The position numbers were made by a program, and so were the translations under genes. 64,000 nt of DNA from assembly GCF_033153115.1 (NCBI RefSeq), contig NW_026889765.1, forward strand, positions 11,222,001 to 11,286,000. The letters run 5' to 3'. Shown in pieces: positions 25,501 to 37,506 of this stretch. Within the stretch, counting starts at the first letter, position 1. The number at the start of each line of letters is the position of its first letter. The notes under the pieces were generated by a model, which was not told the origin of the DNA, searched no databases, and saw only the letters and a list, made by a program, of their open reading frames with translations. The DNA comes from Saccostrea echinata (taxonomy: Eukaryota).

Positions 25501-28500
25501 AGAGGGCAAGTAAAGTAACATGACATAAACTCTAGCAGAACTCCCAGAGGGCAGGTAAAGTAACATGACATAAACTCTAGTAGAACTCCCAGAGGGCAGG
25601 TAAAGTAACATGACATAAACTCTAGCCGAACTCCCAGAGAGCAGGTAAAGTAACAGACACAAACTATAGAAGAACTTCCAGAGGGCAGGTAAAGTAACAT
25701 GACAAGCTCTAGCCGAACTCCCAGAGGGCAGGTAAAGTAACATGACAAACTCTAGCCAAACTCCCGGAGGGCAAGTAAAGTAACATGACAAACTCTAGCC
25801 GAACTCCCAGAGGGCAGGTAAAGTAACATGACATAAACTCTAGTAGAACTTCCAGAGGGCAGGTAAAGTAACATGACAAACTCTAGCCGAACTCCCAGAG
25901 GGCAGGTAAAGTAATATGACATAACTCTAGTAGAACTCCCAGAGGGCAGGTAAAGTAACATGACATAACTCTAGTAGAACTCCCAGAGGGCAGGTAAAGT
26001 AACATGACAAACTCTAGTCGAACTCCCAGAGGGCAGGTAAAGTAACAGACACAAACTATAGAAGAACTCCCAGAGGGCAGGTAAACTAACATGACAAACT
26101 CTAGCCGAACTCCCAGAGGGCAGGTAAAGTAACATGACAAACTCTAGCCGAACTCCCGAAGGGCAAGTAAAGTAACATGACAAACTCTAGCCGAACTCCC
26201 AGAGGGCAGGTAAAGTAACATGACATAAACTCTAGTAGAACTTCCAAAGGGTAGGTAAAGTAACATGACATAAACTCTAGTAGAACTTCCAAAGGGCAGG
26301 TAAAGTAACATGACATAAACTCTAGTAGAACTTCCAAAGGGCAGGTAAAGTAACATGACATAAACTCTAGTAGAACTCCCAGAGGGCAGGTTAAAAAAAA
26401 CATGTCATAAACTCTGGCCGAACTCTCAGAGGGCAGGTAAAAAAAACGTCATAAACTCTAGCCGAACTCCCAGAGGGCAGGTAAAAAACATGTCATAAAC
26501 TCTAGCCGAACTCTCAGAGGGCAGGTAAAATTTTGATAAATGACTATTACGTGAAAAGCTTTACAAGAATTATTCCATTCTTTCTCTTTTCCAGTGTGGT
26601 GGGGACGAGCTCTCTGCGACGTGTTGCACAAGTCTCACGAATACATCCTCATCTAAAGTTTGAGAGCATTGTAAGTGCCAGATATATTGTATGTCTTCTC
26701 TTCTCCAAGGGGCGGGTTTAAAAAATACTAGTAATTGATTTAAAGAAAAATAATTAATAATGATGCTTAAACATGTTTTAATATAGTTTAAACAGGCACA
26801 GTCCTTTAATTTTAAAGTTATATATTGGGGGGGGGGGGATATGTGGTTTAGTTTGAATATGGTCAAACACATTTCTTTGTATTGTATACCTAAATCTTTG
26901 CACGGAACCCCTAACCATGTTATTTTTAAAATTCAAAAGTATACCGTAATTCTAGTTTTATATAATTAAAACTACTTGTTTAAATGTGTATTTATTTGCT
27001 ATTCTTTGTTAATAAGAGAGGGAGTTTGAACTCTCGCCTTGAGAAGCTTGATGAAGGAGATAAATATGCTGCACTGATCCTAGCTGAGGCCGGACTCTCC
27101 AGAATGGGGTGGGAGAACAGACTGTCTGAGGTAAAAGATTGCCCTACTGGAGTAACAAATATTAATGTTGTATGTTAATCTGTGAAATATGTTGTTACTT
27201 TTCAAATAATTTATCTTCGGCAGTTGCATCTTGTGTCGGATTAAAAAAAGTAACAAGATTTTTTTCCTGAGACAGCTCTCCCATTTAACAATATGACTTA
27301 AAAGCAATTTTCTAGAATATTCATGTTTGTAAATAATCACGCTCACTTTGATAATTACAAATACTAATCAGGCCCGTAGAACGCCCCTTTTTCTGTTGTA
27401 TAGTATTTTGCTATATTGAATTTTCATTCAGATGCTGTTTACCTCCACCCCCACCCCATCCCCAACACACACTTTTTGTTGCTGTAAGGTCGAGCACATT
27501 ATCTAACAAAATTCCAGAATTTTGGCAGTTACGGATTATGTTAGGAAGTCGTCCCCCACCCCATTTTTTGGACAATTTATATTTTTTTTTTAGCTTGTCA
27601 GATTTTGGGAGGTTGAAACCCTCCCAACCCCCACCCCCACGTTTCAAACCGTTGCTATGGGCCTGCTAATAGAAACTTATCATAAGTTACATGTATATAT
27701 ATATATATTAATCTGTAGAGACTGGCAGATAGTGGATGCTTGTATGCAGTAAGCCAAGGAGCCATTGGGGTAGAATGCCGAGCAGACGACAAAGTAACGT
27801 TGTCTTTGCTGGACTCCATCGCTGATAGAGAGACAACACTGCAGTGTGTCGCAGAAAGGTCCTTTATTAGGAACTTGGTACATGTCTTTCTGATTGCTTA
27901 AAGTTGACTTTCTGACATTATTTATTTCGTATTTGTTCGAGATAAAATTAATTCTGATCAGAAATGTTTATTTGTTTTAGGGCGTAGGCTACAAGGCACC
28001 CGTGTGCGTTCACTGTGAAATCACACGTGATGAGGTATGGTTTGGTGATAGCACCATTTTTTTTTTCATTTAATGGAAGTACATAAGAATGAAAATTCTA
28101 GGATTATACATAACTCATTTTGACGATAAAAAAATCATTCTGAGAAAACACAAAATGGACTTTTCAGCATAATCTACGAACAACCTAAATATTGTAAACC
28201 AGCATTTCTTTATAAAGGACGAATCGGAATTTCGAAGTTTTTTATTAATAAAAAATACAAATTATATTGAATATCTCAATCATGCTTGCAATACAACAAA
28301 TCCTTCTGGACTAGACATTGTTTTATGTCTTTGAGCTATATATTCAACAGAAATGATAAGAAGCCAATATTATTATTTACAATCGGTAGGTACACACTTA
28401 TTTACAATTAGTAGGTACACTTTTATTTACAATCGGTAGATACATTTACGTGGTGCGGTTTACAGTCTGGACGGACATGAAACACAGGTACTGGACACAA

Positions 28501-29593
28501 GAGCTCTTCTCCACCCGGACGGACAGAGAACTGCGGTATGTCTTTATATAAACTATTCAACATTGTCAGAAACTACAAATAAATTATATTTCAGGTCATT
28601 GAAAACATTTCAGCAGACTTTTTAAAATTATATCTGACTTTACAAAGATTTTTGTTGTTGAAAATATGTTTCAATCCCCTAAATCCTGTAAATAGTGATC
28701 AATGTTATAAATCCTGTAAACAGTGATCATTCTCCTATTCCTGTATACAGTGATCGATCTCTCCTAAATCCTTTAAACAGTGATCAATCTCCTAAATCCT
28801 GTAAACAGTGATTAAGCTCCTAAATCCTGTAAACAGTGGTCGATCTCTCCTAAACCCTGTAAACTGTGATCAATCTTATAAATCCTGTAAACAAGATACG
28901 AATCTCGGAACAGGGAAAAGTTGTTGCTTGTTTCTATGGTAAAGATTTCTGAAATTTAATAAGAAATATTGACCTTTACAACAATTTTTTAAATAATTAT
29001 AAACATGAGACAATAATTTGATGTGTTATATTTCTTATATAACTTTTTAAGTAATTTAAATAATAAAATTGCCATCATTTTTGACAATTTCTTTATTTTC
29101 GAATAGCTTTAATCGTTTTTTTTTTTTTTTATTTTTTAGAGGTGATAATGGGGGGGGGGGGGGAGTGTTATACAAGATTACTATATAATGTTTCACAAAC
29201 GTGAACTTTTCATTGTTCGGTATAGAGTGGTTTAGTGTTTTTGCTTTTTATCAAATTTATTGAAAATTAGTACATGTACATACAATTTTTTGAGCATTTT
29301 TTTTAATTTAATTCAGTAGCTGATATATCACTAAAAAAAATTCATTAGATTTTTTAATACTTTCATTTTCTTTAAAGAAAGGGGAGCAGATGCCCGCTAA
29401 CAGTTCCTCCTTCATGTCGATAGCAGTGGGCAATACCGCCACGAGAGAGGAGATGTCTGTAGCTCAGCGTATAGGACTCAAACTGGCTGAAGAATTTCTA
29501 AAATCTAATGCCAAAGATGTATTGATGACCGCCAAAGTTTCCACCGAAAATTCTATACTGCAGGAGCGATCCCGGCGTGAGCTTGTGGCCTAG
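22203..29593 (+). CDS. HMBS: Porphobilinogen deaminase / hydroxymethylbilane synthase homologue, 363 aa, lacking the cofactor-binding Cys
   Basis: 11 phase-compatible exons: 22203-22244 ([14 protein letters not shown]), 23260-23332 (LAMIQTNTV), 24946-24995 ([14 protein letters not shown]), 25107-25240 ([20 protein letters not shown]), 25387-25464, 26595-26670 (VVGTSSLRR), 27017-27130 ([25 protein letters not shown]), 27719-27877 ([18 protein letters not shown]), 27981-28034 (GVGYKAPV), 28440-28535 (GAVYSLDG), 29378-29593. Total 1092 nt with no stop or frameshift. An upstream UTR exon is possible because an AG directly precedes the ATG. Confidence 0.93.
25437..26530 (+). repeat. Minisatellite of 25 x 43-46 bp built from the HMBS exon-5 3' end plus its splice donor
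   Basis: Unit AAACTCTAGCCGAACTCCCAGAGGGCAG|GTAAAGTAACATGAC(AT); the first copy encodes KTLAELPEG(S) of exon 5. Confidence 0.95.
27369..27665. mobile_element. Non-autonomous DNA transposon with 5-bp TSD (hAT5-like), HMBS intron 7
   Basis: CTAAT|CAGGCCCGTAG ... CTATGGGCCTG|CTAAT. Confidence 0.75.
28371..28446 (+). repeat. Triplicated splice-acceptor region of HMBS exon 10
   Basis: Three ~25-bp copies of ttatttacaat(cg/ta)gtag|(g/a)taca; the last AG (28438-28439) gives the in-frame exon. Confidence 0.8.
28678..28893. repeat. ~28-bp minisatellite, about 8 copies, HMBS intron 10
   Basis: Unit taaatcctgtaaacagtgatcaatctcc. Confidence 0.85.
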
Positions 29594-29791
29594 TCTCTCC
29601 GAGACTCGATTGTCCGTACGACTTGTGTGAACATCATTTACAATCTAAATGCGTGATATCAGATCTTATATTAAACTGTAATATATAACATATTTGTAAA
29701 TCAAAATTTGCATGCATTATTATTAATAGTGTTTAAAGTTTTTTTGTGAAAATATATTGACTTTATCAAATATAGACTTGTATTATTAGTA

Positions 29792-29797
29792 AATAAA
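29792..29797 (+). terminator. Candidate polyadenylation signal of the HMBS-like gene
   Basis: AATAAA about 200 nt downstream of the stop codon. Confidence 0.4.
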
Positions 29798-32529
29798 TGT
29801 TGAAAATGTCCTTAGTTTTAAGTTATAATGCATGAATTAACATTTTTTTTCAGTTAAGGACAGATAGCTGATTATACAAAAATTATAAGAACCAGTAAAT
29901 ATTGCCACATGTAAATATGTGTATCGTCGGTACAGAAATTTATCTTGATTGAATAGCAAAGAAAGAAATTGAGAGAAAAAAAGAACATCTGGGATATCAC
30001 TGATCAAATCGAATCGATCTGCGAATCTCGTCTGCAAATCACTAAATTTTTCACAATTTGTTTTAATTTCTCAGATATTAGGCCTTATAGTGTAAATGAA
30101 AATAAATATATGTGCATGTAACTAGACATGCCTAATATTAACATTTTCAACTCTGCAGTAATATATTAAACTCTGCAAAGAGAAATGCTACACTGAAGAA
30201 CATTGAACGAAATGGCAGCGTAAACAAAGTGCGATAAACTTATAGTACAGACATCTGTAGTATCATTTTAAATGTTTTTCCAATGTTTGCACAAAAGTTT
30301 TAGTTAGATAAATGATACTTAATATTTGACGAATGAGAAAAATGCACGCAAATACTTTGCTGATAATCAATTACTGTAAATATTAGTTATAAATTTAACT
30401 CTGGCTCGACTTTTTGTGATGTTTATCCAATGACTAAAATTTTAAGCCAAAATCATGGCGTAGAGTTAATTAAACTCAAATTCGTGAGGAATAAGACGGT
30501 TTTTCTGTTTGAAAACATCAGATATAATCCTCGACGATTTTGGAATTTAACCAAAATCGAAATTTTGTAAAAAGAAAATCTAGAAGCAGCCTAGCCATCT
30601 GTCACATAAAATCTATTAAGTAAAGCATTATATGGCGTGTTTGGGAAGGAAGAGATATTGATGGATTTTCCATCAGAATCACGACCCTACAAAACATCGT
30701 GTTATCTGACAGTTGTGTATTGAATGTACAACGTACAAACACTTATCATCGTGTCGACAGCTTGTCTCTCCATTATCTGATAGGCACATATCAAATGTAA
30801 GGATTCCATTCTTATCAAAAGAAATGCATAATTACGTAAGTCCGAGGGGGATTTATTATTTATGCGTTTGAAATCTGTTTTGTTTTCTTTCAAAAACATA
30901 TTGAAGGACAAAAGTTTTTTAAGCTTTTCTTAAACAAATTATATATTCCGATTGATTATTCAAGTTGCGGGAAATTTATTTTAACTTTCCGTTACTGAGC
31001 ACGTGTCTGATATTTTAATTTGAAATATTAATATTTTGACCCTTGGCAATGACTGGCTTTTATTACCCCACATACAGCTGTACATGTATATTATGAAACC
31101 AAAATTCTAAAAGCTCCTTTAAAAAGATTCTCCGGTACATATAAGATGCTCTAAACACAGCATATTCGTGGAAAAAACATAGTAGTGATATAGCTGTCAT
31201 TTGTTTTTCTTTTGGATATATTTAACAATAACAATTTGTATATTTTCTTTAAAAATCCGAGAAATATCCATTCCCCTACAGGCATCTTGAAACATAAACG
31301 CAAAAATATACTCAGAAATCAAAGATATCTAATCAAGTAAAAATTCAGTTAACTATATACATTTTTGCTAAGCACGTTTGCAACATTGCAGTTCAAAAAA
31401 CGTTTTAACATGCTTTTGTGAACTAATTAAATGCACATTTTGGAAAAAATATTACTAATAAACAAATGCGCAAACAAAAAATATGGCGATTTTTTCAATT
31501 TGATTTTTTATATTCATAGTTGACAATTTACTTCGTAGTGTTTACTTAATCCCCGTATAATAGCATTAATCAATTACACATCTAATAAACCGTTTTCACA
31601 AAACCTTTTTTTCTTTCGGAATTGAGTTCCGTTTTCGTTATCTAAAGTGTTTTCCACATATCTTTTGATTTATAAGTTGTTCGTATGTTTTGAGTAAGGC
31701 ACGGTATTTTTTTTTATTTGACTCCAAGTGTTTTTATTTGGGTTTGAATCAGAACTGTTCTAGAACAACAAATGTCTATAAAAACTTCATTTCTTCTGAG
31801 AATTTCTTTTGAGCTTTGTAAATAATGGAATGCTGCTTCATAATACATGCAAATCGTTTTCAGGGCATTACTTAACGAACACACTCATATGGTACTCATA
31901 TACATATACCTTGCAGATTCTTCTGATGGGAACAAGAGAGATTTTCAAACGCAATTCATTTTCTATATTAACGCAACCGGGAAGCAACCCCGATAGAAAC
32001 TCAGTTTAAAGCAATACAGGAGAAATTTTGAGTGGAATAGGAAAAAAAATGATTTAAAATAAAAAGAAAGAAAAGAAAAGAAAACGTGCCAAGGGGTTAA
32101 AATGAAAAAGGAAGATACTTCGGCGGAAATTGTACTCAATTCAATAAAAGTTCTATGAGAACTTAGTTCACGACATAATTGCATGTAGGCTGTTACTCGT
32201 GCAATCAAGTGGGCAACTACAAGTACAACAGAGTAATTATCAATCAGGAATATAAAAACTTTACTAAAATTGCAAATTACAATAAATTTATTTTCTTTAC
32301 GCATTTGCTTAACAGCAATATATTTATTTCCGAAATATGCATTTATTTACTAGCAGTTCATAAAAGCATGTTAGGTTAGAAAGTTTGTGAGCTGTTTATT
32401 TGATTCTGAATTAAATTTTAATTGATCGATTGCTGTCATTAATTTACAGTGCAAGTGTATACTATTCAAAAACTACACGTATTGTGAACTCTGAGCTCAC
32501 AAAATGATACCTCCGTCTCCCATATGTTT

Positions 32530-32765
32530 AAAATGGTGAAGTCCATGTTTTGCTATGGGAATCCCGAAGTAAGTGTCTAATCAAAAAGTAAAAAAGATGG
32601 TGCACAATGGCACTATGTAATAAATATTCCATGAAAGTATCATTAAATTTTATTGAGTTGTAAAGGAGAAGTTGCGGATAAAAGATGTGCACCCCAATGC
32701 GTAACAGACAGACGGACATCCCCATCACTATGTACTTCACGCTTTTCAAGCGGGGGCATAAAAAT
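32530..32765 (-). mobile_element. Helentron-associated (CvA-like) element fragment
   Basis: The minus strand starts ttttatgcccccgcttgaaaag, followed by a gtccgtctgtctgt microsatellite. Confidence 0.5.
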
Positions 32766-33714
32766 ATGAAAGCTGAGACTTTTAAAATGTTTTGAGCAAA
32801 ATGTTTCCCATATGAACATCTTGGCTTCCAAGTCAAATTACTGCAGGAGTAAAGTTCATTCTGATGATTTGTATTGAGTTTACGACATGGAGAAGAGAAC
32901 ATACAACGGGACATTGATTAACGTTACTCATATTTATATATCTCCCTTATTTGTTGAAATTATATCAATTTTATTCATATTATTAATTCCAAAGCATTTT
33001 AGGGAATCGGTTTTTTTTATCATATCCTATTATTATAAAAAAAATCGTAGGATTTTGGTTTTGACACCAGAAAATCCAGTTGATTTCTGGATGTCAAAAA
33101 ATCGACGTTTTGATGCAAGAAATCATTTCCTAATGTCACAAAATATTAATACTAAAAAATATATGTATATATGATTTGATCTGCTATCATGTTCGCTGGT
33201 CGGAGATAAAAAAAAAATAATAATAACGTCAGTTACACCATTACATTGAAAGGGTAAATAGGACAACTTTATTCTGTCGGATGGGAACATTAATTCAGGA
33301 CTTCAGGCTGGGGAAGTTTGGGTGGGAGTTGTGATAAGATAACCAAGTAGTTTTTAAAAGAGTCAGAATGAACTTAATTAGCCATTTTTATGTGCATCTT
33401 TGAACATCTGTGTATCTATCATCAATATCTTTTGACATTTACCCAAACAATGAATATGATAAATAGATTTCCAATTTTTGTAACAGATTATTATGCAAAA
33501 TTCTGCAAAATGTTCATTTCCATAAAATTGATAAATTACATAGTTGTCTTACTAAACAAATATTCTCGACATGGGGTGCATGACGTAACAGGCATTCTAA
33601 ACTCTGCATTCTAGTCTACGCCGAGGGTAATGAATTAGCATGTTTAGTTTCAATTTAATCATTAAGTTAAGCTAAGACAATAGGCAATTAAACCGCTCTC
33701 TCGATCCTATACTT

Positions 33715-33790
33715 CCTCTCTCTCTCTCTCTCTCTCTCTCTTATCAAAACACTAACTTTTCTCTACCTCCCTCCACCCTCCCTCCCTCAC

Positions 33791-33821
<31 letters not shown>

Positions 33822-34095
33822 CGGGGCATAGGTTGAGAGGAGAGAAGGGGTGGATAAAGAGAGAGGGGAGAGGCGGTAGAGGAAGAGAGAGGGGAGATGG
33901 GGGATTCTCTCTCTCCCCTCTCCCTCCCCTCCCTCTCCCTTACGCTCTCCCTTCCTCTCTCACTCTACCCCTCTGTCTCTCTCCCTCCCTCTCTATCCCC
34001 CTCTCCCTTCCTCTCTCATTCTACCTCCCTCTCTCACTCCACCTCCCTCTTTCTCTCTCACTCCCTCTCACTCTCTGTCTCTCACTCCCTCCTCA
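33715..34095. repeat. CT/GA-rich low-complexity polypurine/polypyrimidine tract
   Basis: (CT)n, (GA)n and degenerate CCCTCT runs. Confidence 0.9.
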
Positions 34096-34799
34096 CTATA
34101 TACATAAATGTTTTTTTTTTTAAAGAATTTCATTGTTTAGCGTGTATGATTCTAGATCCTTTTATTGCGATGATGCTCCTGGTCACACAGGGTTTGATAC
34201 AATGCTATTTAATACATCTTTATACTCTATTGACCCTATATTTCCACTTAATCACCCGTGGTATAACACTGGCGACTGTACGAGTCTTTAATACTGATCA
34301 CGGGTCTCTTTGAATGAGAAGTGTAAATAGATTAATTTACTGGAACAATCACTTGCCCTATGGGTTAAACAAAAATAGCATTATAGCCCAGAATGACTTT
34401 TGAAANNNNNNNNNNNNNNNNNNNNNNNNNNNNNNNNNNNNNNNNNNNNNNNNNNNNNNNNNNNNNNNNNNNNNNNNNNNNNNNNNNNNNNNNNNNNNNN
34501 NNNNNNNNNNNNNNNNNNNNNNNNNNNNNNNNNNNNNNNNNNNNNNNNNNNNNNNNNNNNNNNNNNNNNNNNNNNNNNNNNNNNNNNNNNNNNNNNNNNN
34601 NNNNNNNNNNNNNNNNNNNNNNNNNNNNNNNNNNNNNNNNNNNNNNNNNNTATACCGGTATCATATCATGCCATCATACATAAAACAAATACACATAACT
34701 ATACATAATCATTCGAAAGACAATATTTGGGAATCCATAAATTTTAAATAGATTTATAAATATATTAAATGAATATTCAGGAAACCATATTTTTAGAAA

Positions 34800-35335
34800 T
34801 ATAATGCCATTGTGAATAGTTGATACATGTACCAGGATAGCCTATTAAAGCTCGAGAGCTTATTTCCAATGGGGTCCTATCATAAATAAGATAACAATAC
34901 AATGTTTCATCATTAAAGCACTATAACGATTGTTTGGCACTATAGTTTTAGCACTGTGTTGTAACACATTAAATTTAATTTAAGTATGACAACATTGATA
35001 GGATCAATAAAATAATAAAATATGTTTTATAAATTAATATTGAAACATTGAATAAATTAATATTGAAACATATCACTTTCATGTTCTAAAATGCCATTTC
35101 GTAAGATTAAACTCTTAACTTGTTTCTTAAAAGTACTCTTTCCTTTAATAGAAGCTGGTAAAAAATTCCAGTCCTTAATGCCATTATAGTAAAAAGTATC
35201 TTTCACATGGGGTATAGAAAAATCTTCATTAGAGGATGCTCTGGTGTTGCGTGAAGACACAGCTGATCTTAAAGTAAAATTTTCACTTAGATAGGATGGC
35301 GCACAACCATGGTAGATGTTATACACATGATACTA
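34800..35335 (-). mobile_element. 5'-truncated CR1/L2-clade LINE fragment (ORF2 C-terminus and 3' UTR)
   Basis: ORF 35057-35326 (MYNIYHGCAPSYLSENF..RNTR..TFYYNGIKDWNFLPASIK..TFKKQVK) has the typical 'aP.YL...F / ynTR / tF.y.g...WN.LP..ik / FK..lk' LINE ORF2 tail. Confidence 0.8.
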
Positions 35336-35745
35336 CGTGTCTTCTTCTTTCAGATAAGTATAACTTAAGGGGATACAGATACATTATACATTTCTTGATT
35401 AAATGATAACTAAATTCCTAGAGTAGCAAGAAATCATAACTTTACACCACAGCTACTAAGTACATGTATGTTGCTTCCATTGTTACACTATACCTATGTA
35501 CACGTAGCAATAATTTGTCTTTATTTATTCTTTATGCATGCTATCTGTTTTATTTCCTAATATTTACATTTCCAATGTCTTTGTCCGAGATAAAATTACA
35601 AATTGTAAAAATACTTTATTTCTACATAAATCTACTGGTTCATCGATAGGCGCGGTTAAAAAAAAATCACGTGCGGGGCGGGACAAATAGAGACAGAAGT
35701 GGGGCTATTAGCACGGGAATTTGCAGAATCAGGAGCATGTAAATA

Positions 35746-35906
35746 TAAGGAATAACTGTCAGATTTTTTGGATTCATGACGATGATCAATCGATTGGCTT
35801 GCGTGATAATTTTATGCATAAACGCCTTCGGCGTTTATGCAAATTATCACGCAAGCCACTCGATTGATCACATCATGAATACAAAAAATTAGACAGTTAT
35901 TCCTTA
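35746..35906. mobile_element. Palindromic (hairpin) MITE
   Basis: taaggaataactgtc...gcataaacgcc-ttc-ggcgtttatgc...gacagttattcctta: ~80-bp arms around a 3-nt loop. Confidence 0.8.
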
Positions 35907-36723
35907 ATTACATTGACGGTATATTAACCTTTGGATTCTGTGTTTTTCATTTTTAAATAGACTACATTGCAATGATGATCTCCATATATGTATAATCTTG
36001 TTTAAATTTTCACTGTTAATTCAGATCATCTTACAGATTGATAAAAATTTTCGAAACTGTTCGATACTGATGCAGTTACATGTAGTTTCCATTTTGACGG
36101 ACAATTTTATGAAGTGACTGCATCACCATGAATATTAATGCTAGACAGGAAAACAAAGTTAAAAATGGGTGGGGGGGGGGGGGATAAAGAAAAAAAACAC
36201 ACGTAACAGATTGCAGATATTTTGTTTATTTAGAAATAATTAACAAGAAATACAGACTTTTGAAAAGAGAGAACAACGGAGCTTTTGGACACCTCTAAAT
36301 GGATGTTTCATTTACAATTTAGAATTTTTTTGACAAGGAACCCCCATCCCTGATCACTGACGGGATGGGTGTTCCAAGGTAATACCCATTCCTGATTACT
36401 GACGGAATGGGTATTTAAAGGACCGAAAGTTCCGAGAGATGTGAAAATTTTTGAAAAGCTGAATTTTGTCCGCCATGCTAGCGCTTCAGATCTGTCTCCG
36501 AGGCCAACATTTTGGAAATTCAAATTCCACCCTCCACCCCACCCCCACCACCACCCCCCAATGAGCCGAAAGAAGAAAGAAAATCAATTATTAGCCAAAA
36601 CAATGATTGCAGCAAAAGAGCTCGGGTGTTCCCTCTTTGGTTCCAATCGTTTTTGAAATTAAAGATTTTAGAATAAATTGTCCAGATCGTTAACAACTAA
36701 ATTATCAGTAGCTTGAATTAAAT

Positions 36724-37356
36724 TTATTCTGCAGTAAGGTTGACGTATTTCTCGAGCCTCTCCATCTCCTTGTGGGCGACATCGATCTCTTTCTGGATAC
36801 GGGCTTCCTCTCTGTTCTGTTGAGCCCGCTCCTGCTTTTCGGCTTGTGCCTTCTCTTGAGACTCTGTAAAACAATAAACAGGGAAATGTTTATTAACTTT
36901 TGGATGATACATGTATAATGGTAAACATTAGTGACAACTACAACCAACATGAACAATGGGGCCTTAACCTTACTAATCATTGGTAGCCAGGAAGACAAGT
37001 TTGAAAGGGGGGAATTATTCCTTGTTTTCTTGCATGGTCATATTTAGGCACACAAGTAGCATTACCCGCTTTAGAGTAATTTAAGGAAAAAGCGTGTTTG
37101 AAAGCATAACATTAATGAATAGTATAAACATACCTCTCCATTTTTCAAAATCCTCCTTTTTATTTTCAAGCAATCTTGGTGGGGGCATCTTTGGGGTTTC
37201 CTCGGAGACAAATGTAAGATCAAAGGCCACACCACCTTTCCTTTCTGTCACTTCCTCTGTGACCATTGTTTTCCGTACTTTTTCGTACGCCTCCATCTCT
37301 TCTTTTGCGACACCCACTTTGTTATTTCTGACAAAACAGCTCTGAAGGAGACCCAT
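36724..37356 (-). CDS. Stathmin-domain-like small protein, 120 aa
   Basis: Exons 37356-37134 and 36863-36724 (phase 1, GT-AG) give [15 protein letters not shown]...[44 protein letters not shown].... The 'G.aFeL', Pro-rich linker and 'EKQ.RA..nR' helix resemble the stathmin family. Confidence 0.7.
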
Positions 37357-37443
37357 TTTTTTCAGAGCAGAAATGACTGTATCTAACAACAAAAAGGCTT
37401 CCAGTGTTTGACTGTTTGTGATGTCATAATAATGTATTGATTA

Positions 37444-37451
37444 TGACGTCA
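37444..37451. promoter_or_regulatory. Palindromic CRE (TGACGTCA) upstream of the stathmin-like gene
   Basis: Perfect CRE 88 bp upstream of the ATG; a variant TGATGTCA lies at about 37419. Confidence 0.45.
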
Positions 37452-37506
37452 TAAAGTCCCGTGTTCTTTTGTGGCGGTAAAATTTTTGTTTCAGATAGAC
37501 TATAGT

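Noticed and set aside
25399-26403. Minus-strand ORFs ([11 protein letters not shown] / [10 protein letters not shown] repeats)
   Set aside because: Antisense translations of the HMBS splice-donor minisatellite.
33833-34708. ORFs over the CT/GA tract and across N-gaps (also at 13577, 20036 and 63579)
   Set aside because: Low-complexity or gap artefacts.
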